A stretch of 64,000 nucleotides of DNA from contig CBFFRQ010000019.1 in assembly GCA_965644315.1 (NCBI GenBank), positions 62,001 through 126,000 of the forward strand. The letters are read 5' to 3'. The notes under the pieces are model-generated. The model did no database searches and was not told the DNA's origin. It saw only the letters and a program-made list of their open reading frames with translations. The first letter of the stretch is position 1; every line of letters starts with the position of its first letter. Both the position numbers and the translations under genes were made by a program. Origin of the DNA: Caecitellus pseudoparvulus. Its lineage: Eukaryota > Protista > Bigyra: Bicosoecida. This document shows positions 12,859-22,735 of this stretch, piece by piece.

Positions 12859-15576
12859 ATGGTGCGTGGGCGTGGGCACGGCACCTCGCTTTCACCAGCA
12901 CTTGCGCCAGAGTGTTTCGCCAACACACCACAGCACACAGCGCCCTGCCCCTCTCCCACGCCACAGGCTGCAGCAACAAGACAGGCCAGAGATGGCAGTG
13001 CAGCAGCCACTGCAGGCATTGATGACACGCACGCTGAGGCGGTGGCGGCATGCTTGGCCAAGATGAAGTGCTTGCCGGGCAGCGTCATGGACCACGGCCC
13101 AGCACTGAGAGGACTGGCAGCCATTGGGCGTGGCGAAGTGCCTGCTACAGGCGATGCCCCTTCGGCCATGAGTCTGGTGGAGCTGGAGGCTGCACTGCGT
13201 GATGCGGGGAGTGCGCTGTTGGGGCAGGCTGGGCTGTTGGCTGGGCAGCGTGAGCGAGGTGGTGTGTGTGCTGCGCTGCAGTACCTGTCGTTCCGGTGCT
13301 TCTGCGCGGTGGATGTGCTGCATCAGGCGGCGAGCGGTGTGAGTGTCGCTGCAGTGCCAGAGGGTGGCGCACTGTGGGGCGCCATTGTGGGTGCTTGGGG
13401 CAGTGTTCGGAGCGGTGTGAACGTGGAGGGTGCGCTGGCTGATCTGACGCGATGGTGGCAAGGCTTTGAAGGGGCGGATGTGGCTGCAGTTGGTGAGGGT
13501 GGCCCCACAACGCATGATGCAGGTGGCGAGGTAGGGATGGATGCGGCTCTGACTGGCATGCGTCAGCAGGCTGAGTGGCTGCGAGGCGAGGCGGCAGGCG
13601 AGCTGAGGAGTGGGAGTGCTGCGAAACACTTGGAGAGTGCTGCGAGTGCAGTGGAGGAGCTGCGTGGGCTGTTGGGGTGTGCGCCGGTCATGAGTGGTCG
13701 GAAGGTGAAGGCTGTGTGTGGTTTGGACTTGGCGGGCGGTTTGGAGTGCCTGAACGGCAAGGATGTGGGTGTGTACAGTGGAAAGAGTCGCATCGAAGAT
13801 GAGGATGTTGGTGGAGCTGGGGATGTGGAGCAGTGGGCAGCAAGTGTGGGGGCGGGTGCGACTGCCCTGGCAACGAGTGTTGGCGCTCTAAAGCGTGCGG
13901 AAGCGGCTCGCATCGCTCATGGGCTGCCCCGCATGGCGCAGACTCCACGCAGGGCAGCAGTGGCACATAGCTATCCTGGGGGTCACGCCGATGAGCCGGT
14001 TGGTGAGAGGAGCAGTGTCACAGTGCAGGTGCAGTGTGAGGCGGGGTGGCCGCTGAGGGTGTTCCTGGAGGATGAAACATGGGGCGATGTTGGGCTGGAG
14101 GTGAAGCAGCGTGTGGCTGTGAAGGTGCTGGGTGTGTGTGCTGTGGCGGAGGCGTGTGGAGTGAGTCTGGATTGTGTGGGTGTGGGGAGCTTTGTGGTGG
14201 TGGGTGTGAAGAGTGGCAGTGTAAGTGATCTGGTGGGGGCGCTGGATGGGGGTGGTTGCGAGGTGGTGTTGGGTGCATGTGGCGGTGTGTGGGGCACAGG
14301 TGGCTCTGATGGCGGCAGCGGTGCTGGTGAGGGTGATGGTGTGCTGGGTGTGCTGCACGGGGTGCTTGGTGCGGGAGGTGGTGCGTTGGGTGGTGGATCG
14401 GGCGTTGGGTCGAGCTTTGTGGGGAGCGGTGAGGGTGGTGAGCATGCACTGTCGGGTGCGTTGGAGGTGTTGGGGCGGGGAGGGAGTGGCTGCTGCATGG
14501 GTGCATACGCGATGGCATGCGAAGGAAGTGCAGGTAGAGTGGGGCGTCTTCCAAGTGTGGAGAGTGCTGTGCGGAGTGTGCTTCATCGCGAGCAGGCAGC
14601 TGCTGCGGCAGGTCAGGCTCACGCAGCTGAAGCTGCAACATCATCCTCTGAGCAGTCCCAGCAAGTCCCTGAGCTGGAGACATTCAGTGAGGAGAACACA
14701 GCTGCGTTTGTGGAAGTGAGCAGGATTGGTAAGCTTGGGAGAGTGCGTGAGCTGCTTGCATTGACGGGAGATGAGGCGGTGAATGTGCACGCAGCGGATA
14801 AGTCTGGACCTGAGGCCGCCTTCCGAGGCGCATGCCGCTATGGCCACACAGACATCGTGCGTGAGCTGCTGGCCCTCACAGGGCCGCGGGAAGTGGATGT
14901 GCACTCAGCAGGGAAAATTTCAACTGGGTTGTTTGGCAGCGGTGAAGGCACTGAGGCGGCCTTCGGAGCGGCATGCCGCTTCGGCCACACAGACATCGTG
15001 CGTGAGCTGCTAGCCCTCACAGGGCCGCGGGCCGTGGATGTGCATGCAGCAGATGGGGATGGACCTGAGGCCGCCTTCCGAGCGGCATGTGCCAATGGCC
15101 ACACAGACATCGTGCGTGAGCTGCTGAGTCTCACTGGGGCGCGGGCCGTGGATGTACACGCGGTGGATGGTGGTGGACCCGAGGCGGCCTTCCGAGCGGC
15201 ATGCGCCAATGGCCACACAGACATCGTGCGTGAGCTGCTGGCCCTCACAGGGCCGCGGGCCGTGGATGTGCACTCAGCAGGGAAAATTTCAACTGGGCTG
15301 TTTGGCAGCGGTGAAGGCACTGAGGCGGCCTTCCGAGCGGCATGCCGCTTCGGCCACATAGACATCGTGCGTGAACTGCTGGGCCTCACAGGGCCTCGGG
15401 CCGTGGATGTGCACGCGGCAGATGAACATGGACCTGAGGCCGCCTTTCAAGAGGCATGTGCCAATGGCCACACAGACATCGTGCGTGAGCTGCTGGGCCT
15501 CACTGGCGATCGCAGGATCCCAGACCGCGCGAGACAGGAAGCCGCCAAGTTTCAGAGCGTGAGAGGATTGATTTGA
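12859..15576 (+). CDS. Intronless 905-aa protein with an unknown Gly/Val/Ala-rich N-terminal region and a C-terminal array of ~7 ankyrin repeats
   Basis: Uninterrupted ORF with the repeated unit EAAFRAACxxGHTDIVRELLALTGPRAVDVHA, which fits the ankyrin consensus. The start codon is uncertain. Confidence 0.75.
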   Translation: MVRGRGHGTSLSPALAPECFANTPQHTAPCPSPTPQAAATRQARDGSAAATAGIDDTHAEAVAACLAKMKCLPGSVMDHGPALRGLAAIGRGEVPATGDAPSAMSLVELEAALRDAGSALLGQAGLLAGQRERGGVCAALQYLSFRCFCAVDVLHQAASGVSVAAVPEGGALWGAIVGAWGSVRSGVNVEGALADLTRWWQGFEGADVAAVGEGGPTTHDAGGEVGMDAALTGMRQQAEWLRGEAAGELRSGSAAKHLESAASAVEELRGLLGCAPVMSGRKVKAVCGLDLAGGLECLNGKDVGVYSGKSRIEDEDVGGAGDVEQWAASVGAGATALATSVGALKRAEAARIAHGLPRMAQTPRRAAVAHSYPGGHADEPVGERSSVTVQVQCEAGWPLRVFLEDETWGDVGLEVKQRVAVKVLGVCAVAEACGVSLDCVGVGSFVVVGVKSGSVSDLVGALDGGGCEVVLGACGGVWGTGGSDGGSGAGEGDGVLGVLHGVLGAGGGALGGGSGVGSSFVGSGEGGEHALSGALEVLGRGGSGCCMGAYAMACEGSAGRVGRLPSVESAVRSVLHREQAAAAAGQAHAAEAATSSSEQSQQVPELETFSEENTAAFVEVSRIGKLGRVRELLALTGDEAVNVHAADKSGPEAAFRGACRYGHTDIVRELLALTGPREVDVHSAGKISTGLFGSGEGTEAAFGAACRFGHTDIVRELLALTGPRAVDVHAADGDGPEAAFRAACANGHTDIVRELLSLTGARAVDVHAVDGGGPEAAFRAACANGHTDIVRELLALTGPRAVDVHSAGKISTGLFGSGEGTEAAFRAACRFGHIDIVRELLGLTGPRAVDVHAADEHGPEAAFQEACANGHTDIVRELLGLTGDRRIPDRARQEAAKFQSVRGLI
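14701..15510 (+). repeat. Coding tandem repeat: ankyrin units of 114 and 141 nt with high internal nucleotide identity
   Basis: Anchor GACATCGTGCGTGA occurs at 14851, 14992, 15106, 15220, 15361 and 15475 (spacings 141, 114, 114, 141, 114), plus a degenerate first unit near 14743. Confidence 0.97.
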
Positions 15577-15714
15577 TCCCAGGCCTCAAGCACAGACCAA
15601 TTCACCGTGTGGCAATACCTCACATCCGTCAGAGACCAGCTCGCAACGCCCCATAAGCCACGACACACACGACACAGCACCTCACTCCATCATACATCCC
15701 CACACACCGCGCCC

Positions 15715-17049
15715 TCATACCCGCCCCGCCCACCCCCTCCACCCCACACAACAGCGTCTTTCACTCCTCCCTCGTACGCTTCCTGCCCTTCCCACCACCG
15801 CCCGCAGCACCTTCAGCATGTCCGTACGTTTCGCCACGTGGCGCTTCTTCGCCTGTGCCATCCGACCCGGACACCCTGCAGCTGCTGCCGGGTTTACAAC
15901 CGCCTCCTGCGCCCCCTGCTTCGCCCGCCGCTCCTTCGCCGCCGCCCTGACCTGCCGCTCGCCGTTGTACGCCGTCAGGAACACATCTGCACCCATGGCA
16001 GCCTGCACCGCCTCCATGACCTCCGACGCCAGGGCACCTGCCTCCGCTGCAGCGGCCGCCTGCTGAGCTTGCTCTGACCAGGATGGCGTGTCGGCCAGGC
16101 GGGGGTCGCTGGCCACGTGCTCTGCCGCCTGCACAGTGCGCAACACTGCCCGCGCCACTGGCACCACGTAGCGCTGCAAGTCTGCCTGCGTCAAGTGCCC
16201 AGCCATGGCCCCGAACACGTTCAGCGCCGTGGTGGCCGCCGGTCCGCCCTGCTGCACTGCCGTGTTGCTGAGGCGCTGCAGCAGCCAGAACAGCGGGTCC
16301 CGCGCACTGCCGTCATCCTTGTGGGCAGTGTGTGTGGAGGGCGGGCTGTCCCGCTGCACCGCCTTGCCGCCCACCACCTCCACGCCACCCTCGAGCAGTG
16401 AAGACATGCCGGCCAAGCGAGCAGTGCGCTGGGCGAGGTGGGGCGGGATGGTGTTGCGGGAGCTGGGCGGCGTCGTGGCGGACAGCCCCACCGCCGTGAA
16501 CAACAGCACCGGCGCCAGAGCCGTGCCCTGCTCCCTGCTCAGCGTCTCGTCTGCCAGCTGCACACAGGCTGCCCGGGCCAGGGCGAACAGGCGCTCATCC
16601 CCAGCCAGCCACGCCGCCACGCCAGGTGGTGGGGGGCAGCTTCCCACGCTCGCCACTGCCACGGTGTTCAGGACGGCGCCTAGCCACCTGGCCGCTGCAG
16701 CCCGCACCCACGCGTGAGGGAACACAATGATGTCGATCAGGGCATCCAGAGATGTCCACAGTGCACTGTGCAGTGTGGCAGCGGTGGTGGTGGCGTCTGA
16801 CTCTTGCGCCTTCCCTGCCTTGCGCCGCCGCTTCGTGCTGCTGGCATGCATACCACCACTGCCACTGCCACCGGCCCCGGCCGCCGCTTCGCTCAGCACA
16901 CGGGGATGTGCCTCCCACAGGCGCTGCAGGAGGGTGCAGGCGTAATACGCCGTGTCCCACGGCAGGGCTGTGGCAGCCTTGTGGGCCTGTGCCTGAGCCG
17001 CACGCCGCGCAGCCACGGCAGGCGTCACCACACGCACCCACCTGTCCAC
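15715..17049 (-). pseudogene. UTP20: 5'-truncated fragment matching only the C-terminal ~430 aa of UTP20 (SSU processome HEAT protein)
   Basis: WDTAYY, FPHAWVRAAAARWLG, WLLQRLS and LASEVMEAVQAAMGADVFLTAY...KERRAKQGAQEAVVNPAAAA resemble the UTP20 C-terminus (LAQEIIELLKKLVG...KRALRKKRKALEFVTNPDIAA). The ORF starts with GTG, and the SDR stop lies only ~70 nt upstream, leaving no room for the other >2,000 codons. Confidence 0.7.
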
Positions 17050-17117
17050 ATACCCGTCACATCTAACATCACTGTCGTCGCCCTCCAGCTCCCCACCACC
17101 TCATGCATTCAACACAC

Positions 17118-18088
17118 CTACAACTTGCCCTCCACACTCATCAACCGATCCCCACCCTTGCTCACTCGCTCAGGCACCTCCACCGCCCGACGTCCGAACA
17201 TCACACCCTCTGGGGTCACCACCATGTGCCCCCCTGACTCCAACTCGCCGTTCGCCACCAGCTCCAGAAAGCAGTCTGTCACGTACTCTGCCGTCATCAC
17301 ACTGCCCTGCATGCCCACTGCCATGGTCAGGCCGGCGTCCTGCGCCGCCAGGCCAGACCTCACCATGTTCGTGTCCGTGAACCCCGGGCACAGCGCGTAC
17401 ACTCGGGCCTTGCCTGACCCGGCCGCTCCCGCCCCTCCCCCCTGCGCCATGTACGCACAGGACCGCGACAGATGCTTCACGCCCGCCTTGGTCGCACCGT
17501 ACACGGGGTTGAACGGCATCGGCACCAGGGCTGCCAATGATGCGATGTTGATGATGACTCCGTCCTCGCGGCCTGACGCGCTCATGACTTCGTATGCCTT
17601 GCGTGTGCCCGCCACCACGGCCGTCAGGTTCACTTCGCACACCAGCTTGAACTTCGCAAACTCCGGCATCACGATGCCCTGTGCACGTGAGCCGAGTGTG
17701 GTGTGGTGCGGTATGTGGAGTGGGCTGTGCGCATGTGCGCTTACAGCGTTGTTGGCCACCAGCGTGAGCCTGCCAAAGTGCGCCACTGTCGCGTCAAAGG
17801 CGGCCTCCAGCGCCGGCGTGTCGGTGACGTCCACTTCGAAAGCGATGACATCTGCTGAAAATTCCTTGGCCAGTGCCGCTGCGCTGGCGTCTGCTCCGGT
17901 CAAATCCAGAAGCGCCACGCCACTGGCCATGCCAGTGCTCAGCAGGCCTCGAGCGAAAGCCAGCCCCAAGCCGCCAGCACCTGCGGCAGGAGCGTGGCAG
18001 GGGTTCACAAGGGGGTCAATACCTAGCAAGCAGTATCACCTTGCTGGTGCCGCCGCGCACCTCCTGTGATCAGCGCGATGTGGTCCAT
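17118..18088 (-). CDS. Classical short-chain dehydrogenase/reductase (15-hydroxyprostaglandin dehydrogenase-like); introns 17981-18060 and ~17680-17742
   Basis: Spliced N-terminus MDHIALITGGAGGLG (TGxxxGxG), NNAG, IINIAS, catalytic YGATK, LCPGFTDT. Confidence 0.92.
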
Positions 18089-18310
18089 GGCGCCTGCGGG
18101 AAGGTGCGGATTTTGAGCGCTGCCAGCACGCCTTGCGACTTGGACAACGGTGCGAGGAGAGCGTAAAGCGGAGGGTGGAGAATTCGAGGCTCAAATCACT
18201 TCTCAATACACCCCCATTGCTATTGATGGAAATTTAATTTATCCTGATCTCCAGAGGCCAGCACAGCCCGACTTGCCGCCTCGCCAACAAAGCAAGGAAG
18301 GCTGCATATC

Positions 18311-19070
18311 ATGGCAGCAGCTGCTCCGGCAGCTGCGGCTGCTCCTCCGAAGAAGAAGTCCTCGGAAGTCAGCAGCACAACGTCAGAGCTTTCAGAGGGC
18401 GTGGCGAACCACGTCGCCCTCGTCGTGTGTGACTTGCAGGAGAGGTGGGAGTGGTGTGCGGAGTTTGGCCGGTCGCCGCAGCCCGCTCACTTCCTGCACC
18501 TCCCCCTCGCTGTGCAGGTTTGCGCCACATATCACGGCCTTTGACGACGTGTGCGAGACTGCAGTGTTCCTCGTCAACGCGCTGGGCTGCATGGGAGCTC
18601 ACGTGCTGGTCACGGAGCAAGTGCCGTCAAAACTCGGCAGCACTGTGGCACCCGTTGCCGAGGCAGTGGACGCCTTGCCCTCCTCCCAAGTCACCCGCGT
18701 GGCCAAGAGTCAGTTCTCCTGCATCACACCCACGACTCTGCGTGCCTTTGCACTGCACGGTATCCGCCACGTCGTGCTGGTGGGTGCCGAGACTCACATT
18801 TGCGTTGCACAGACGGCGCAAGATCTGGTGCAAGCCGGGTACACAGTGGCCATTCCAGTTGAAGGCACGTCCAGCATCCGGCTGTTTGACCGCAGCATGG
18901 CCCTGCAGCGTCTGCGTTGCCACGGCAGCGGCGGCATGTTCCTGACCACGGCCGAGGCGGAGGTGTTCGAGCACCTGCGTGACGCCAACAGCCCGCACTT
19001 CAAAACAGTGCAGGGTTTTGTCAAGGCATACGGCGCCACCATGGCCAGCCACGCGCTGGCGAGTGTGTAA
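18311..19070 (+). CDS. Isochorismatase domain-containing protein (ISOC1/2, YcaC-like); one intron near 18445-18517
   Basis: VVCDLQERF (across the splice), VTEQVPSKLGSTV, KSQFSC, GAETHICVAQTA, AEAEVFEHLRDANSPHFK. Confidence 0.9.
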
Positions 19071-19091
19071 ATGCAAGCGTGTATTGTCGCC

Positions 19092-20333
19092 TCAATCCTC
19101 TGCTTCCGCCTGGGGCGCGTTGAAGTAGAATACGAGGCAGACGAGCGTTGAGAGAATGGCAAGAATGCCGACCCAGCCGCCCAGCAGGTCAAACAGCCCC
19201 TCCTCCCCCCCACGCCGGGCCACCACCTCGGACGCCTCGTCGTCCACCACCCCGCCGTTCCCCGTGTCTGCGCCCCACAGGCCGTCGCGGTGGCGCTTCA
19301 ACGCATCGCGCACCGCACCGCGTTGTGCGTCCAGCACATGGTCCGCCCCTGGCTCATCCTCCCCCTTTACCCCCCCCCACAACCCCTGGTTGCCCTGCAG
19401 TGCCCACAGCACTGTGTCCACAGCTGTCGTGCGTGCATACGCCAGGCGCCAAGCGGCGTCCACGGCGCCGTCCACCCCCTCTGCAGGCGCCTCCCCATCC
19501 GGAGCGTACCCCGTCACCACCGCACACCGCTGGGCCAGGGTGGCACAATCATCATCCTCCTCCCCCTCACGGGCCACATGCACAGTGGAAGCGTCTGCCC
19601 ACGCCCCAGAGAGGGCCGTGAAACTGGCCGCCGCCCATTCCGCCACGTGTCCATCGACGGCATCCTCAGCCTCCTGTACGTACACGGCAGGCTGCTCCTC
19701 GCGCCAGGCCGGGTGCAGGCTGGAAATGTACCGGCCCGTGAAGGAGAGCAGCAGGCGGCGCCACTGCCACCGCTCGGACGGATCAGCCGCCATGCTGGCC
19801 AGGATGGGAGCGGGCCCTGCGTCGGGGATGGAGGTGGTGGTGACTCCCCCCACCGGCGTCACCCGCACATCAGCCAGCTCAAAGGCAGTGCCAGTGGCGC
19901 CGTCAGTGGCCTGTCCGGCACTCGGCAGGGGCGAGGCGCCGAGGAAGAACACGGAACACACAGTCACCGCGCCTGCCGTGCTGCTTGGCAGCTCCGCGGA
20001 ACCCTCGTGCACAGCCTGGGCTGCGCGGCGGAGGGTCGTCGCTGCGGCGCCAGTCAAGGCTGCAGGAACTGTGGCCACCACCACCACCAGCTGCCGCGTG
20101 GAGCCGTGCCTGTGGATGCTGAGGGTGACGCCCTGCAGACTCTGCAGGCCGTCCGAGGCGGGGAAGTTGATCCAGCCGTACTGCTGGGGGTCCTGGCTGG
20201 CGCTGTCTTTGGCTTTTGACGTGGTGATGATGGGCGTGTCCAGAAAGTGCGAAGCGCTCAGCAGCTGCACAAAGCCGGCCGCCTGCTCAGCATCACGGGC
20301 CAGGATGAAGGTGGCCTGGGGTGCAGCAGCCAT
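19092..20333 (-). CDS. Hypothetical 413-aa protein with one C-terminal hydrophobic helix (tail-anchor-like)
   Basis: Long ATG-initiated ORF filling the gap between neighbours, ending LLGGWVGILAILSTLVCLVFYF followed by 8 residues. No family recognised. Confidence 0.7.
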   Translation of the reverse strand: MAAAPQATFILARDAEQAAGFVQLLSASHFLDTPIITTSKAKDSASQDPQQYGWINFPASDGLQSLQGVTLSIHRHGSTRQLVVVVATVPAALTGAAATTLRRAAQAVHEGSAELPSSTAGAVTVCSVFFLGASPLPSAGQATDGATGTAFELADVRVTPVGGVTTTSIPDAGPAPILASMAADPSERWQWRRLLLSFTGRYISSLHPAWREEQPAVYVQEAEDAVDGHVAEWAAASFTALSGAWADASTVHVAREGEEDDDCATLAQRCAVVTGYAPDGEAPAEGVDGAVDAAWRLAYARTTAVDTVLWALQGNQGLWGGVKGEDEPGADHVLDAQRGAVRDALKRHRDGLWGADTGNGGVVDDEASEVVARRGGEEGLFDLLGGWVGILAILSTLVCLVFYFNAPQAEAED

Positions 20334-20570
20334 GGTGAAGGGTGTCGCCGGGGTCGCAGTGCCACGTCTAGCGCAGTGCGTCGAGGAACTGGGAGCGGAA
20401 ATTGCTCAGCTTGCGATGTGCGGATGACGGGGGCGGTTGGGGGGAAATGTGCTGGGGGCCTGGCAAGTGCGTACAAAACAGCCTAACCTTGTAAAAATGT
20501 ATCGACTGCCCGGATGATGTCACTGGATGGCAGCCTTTGTGTTGGCTTTCGTGCACTCCGATACGCAAAC

Positions 20571-21462
20571 ATGGCTCTCCGCAACCGCACTTCTGTCGCT
20601 GGCAGCACCATCGGCGATCCAGACGTCACGAGCCGACGGATCAAGAGCAGTGGCAAGTACAGCAACATTGCTGCGACACTGGACACGGGGCGCACTGTGA
20701 CAAAGGCGCGATTCACGAGTGCGTGCGGCGAAGGCAGCGGCTTGCGTGGGCGGCGGTTGGACGGGAAACGGCACTGAAACGCCAGGTGCCCACGCCGCCC
20801 TTGCTCCGTCACCTTGCACAGCCACAAAGCAGAGGGCGGCGCGTCGAGCAGAGGTGTTCCAACGCATCCGGGTGGGCGACCTGTACAAGATGGTGGTGGA
20901 GGCTGAGGAGACGGGCGAGAGTCTGTACGAGGCGGCGGCGCCTGGTGGCTTGCGCGTCGTAACTGTGGATGCTGCCGCGGCGTCAGGCACCACGGACGAG
21001 AAGCCGTTTTTGCTGCTGGATGTGCGCAGTCCTGAGGACTTCGCCGAGTGTCGTCTCGTGGACGCGGCGCACTTCCCCCTGCACCTGCTGCACCAGGACA
21101 AAGTGACTCCCGAACTCTTCCGTTTCCGCAACAAGCCCGGCGCCATCATCGTCCTGTACGATGACGATGGGGAAACCCTAGCACCCAAGGCTGCCACGGC
21201 CTTCCTGCAGAAAGGCTACGAGAACGTGCGTGTGTTGCACGGGGGGGTGAAGGCGGTGGTGGCCAAGCACCCCCTCATGCTGGACGGGGAGCCCCCCTCC
21301 AGACTGCTGCCACCCCCCCCCAAAGACACTGCTCGGGCGCCAGCTGGGCTGGGCCTGGGCCGGGGGCGGCCTGTGCGGGCCAGTGGTGGCACGTCTGTGA
21401 TCAGCGCCTCGTACAGCCCCAACAAGGGCGGGAGGGGGTCCCGAGGGGGGTCCCGCGCGTGA
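20571..21462 (+). CDS. CEP41: Centrosomal protein CEP41 (TSGA14), rhodanese-like domain; one intron near 20719-20821
   Basis: N-terminus SRRIKSSGKYSNIAATLDTG resembles CEP41 KRIPQNPRYQHIKSRLDTG. Also EVFQRIRV, FLLLDVR...CRLVDA, FRNKPGAIIVLYDDD and KGYENVRVLHGG. Confidence 0.85.
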
Positions 21463-21556
21463 AGACTTGGTTTTGGTGCATTGCTTCACCCTAGCACGCA
21501 CAGAACACCGGATCACGGGACGCTGTGGGACGGACAGCTGGTGGGGCGGGGGCTGC

Positions 21557-22396
21557 TCAAGGCATCACATCGCCCAGGTCCGTGACCTTGTACTTGATGG
21601 TCACGGTGCCCTGGGTGTCCAGAGGGTACTCCTTGGCCTCCTGGTGCTCCGTGTCCAGCATGATGGTGGCAGTGCCCTGCAGCCGGGGGAGGTGGGGTTG
21701 GAAATGCGTCGTTGAGGTTTGGCGTTTCAGGCACGCGCAGGGGGGCAAGGCTGCACAGCCAGCACGCACGATTTCCTTGCCGCCTGCGACGCCCTCGTCC
21801 TTGACGCGGATCTTGAAGCGGTCCACCTGCTTGTCCAGCTGTGCAGTCGGGGCGGAGGTGTGTAAATGCAGCGCTGCAATGGGTTGGCGTGGTGACGTTG
21901 GAGTGACCCACCAGGAAGATGTGCGTCTCCATCCACTCGGGGCTCAGGTCGTTCTCCACCACGGCAGACTTGGCCTTGTCGCCGCCGTCGTTGCCGCCAA
22001 TGACCTTGCCGTTGAAGTCGGAGATCTGCAGGAAGCGAGGAAGGTGCGTGTATGCTCATGTGCACTGCACTTGCAGCCACAACAGACGCAGCTGACTGGC
22101 GCACGCTGCACGCGTCGACGGAAACCACGCACCTTGAAGTAGGGATCAGACTGACCGATCCAGTCGACGTTCTTCAGGTCCTTGCCGCTCTCCACGGTGA
22201 TGGCCAGGAGCCTGTGCAGCCAACGCAAGTGCAGTGCAACACAATCACAGCCCAACACGCCGGTGACACAAGCAGGCCTCCCGTAGGGATTGCGGCGGTT
22301 GATGGTGCGCAGAAATAGTCTGCAAGGTATATGCGTGTCTGGTGATCAGAAAGCGGGCACGCACCGTGTCCACTCGGTTGTCATTGCAGCCGCCAT
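21557..22396 (-). CDS. Small stand-alone C2-domain protein, copy A (~135 aa, 5 exons)
   Basis: Spliced: MAAAMTTEWTR/LLAITVESGKDLKNVDWIGQSDPYFK/ISDFNGKVIGGNDGGDKAKSAVVENDLSPEWMETHIFL/LDKQVDRFKIRVKDEGVAGGKEI/GTATIMLD...DVMP, with the C2 signature DL..D..G.SDPY and P.W.E. Confidence 0.88.
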
Positions 22397-22735
22397 GTTG
22401 ATGGATGGAAGGATGGCTATGTGTGGGAAGTAGGGACGCAGAGGCACGTGGATGCATGTGACGAAGATATTCCGAAGTATTTTATTTATGTACCGTGGTG
22501 GTTTGCTGGCGAGTGGGTGCATTGGCAAATTGTGGGGGGTGCAGCAAAGGTCGTCAAAGCCAGCATCTGAGACTATCGAGCAGCCCAGCTACATTGCTGG
22601 CATGAGCCGTGCGTCTCAAACTTGGACCAGCGCTCAACCTGCAGCTGGGCATCATTGCAGACGATCCACAGGTGCATTGAGGGGGCGCTGCGCCGTGTGA
22701 GGCGGCACGCCGGCAGTGCTGGTGGCAGGGGCTGC

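Noticed and set aside
14701-15510. Regularly spaced repeats with variable spacers resembling a CRISPR array
   Set aside because: Unit lengths (114 and 141 nt) are multiples of 3 in one open frame encoding ankyrin repeats. There are no cas genes and the context is eukaryotic.
12480-17100. Helitron or other transposon capturing the ankyrin gene and UTP20 fragment
   Set aside because: I could not identify terminal inverted repeats, a target-site duplication, Helitron ends, or any transposase, Rep-helicase or RT coding sequence.
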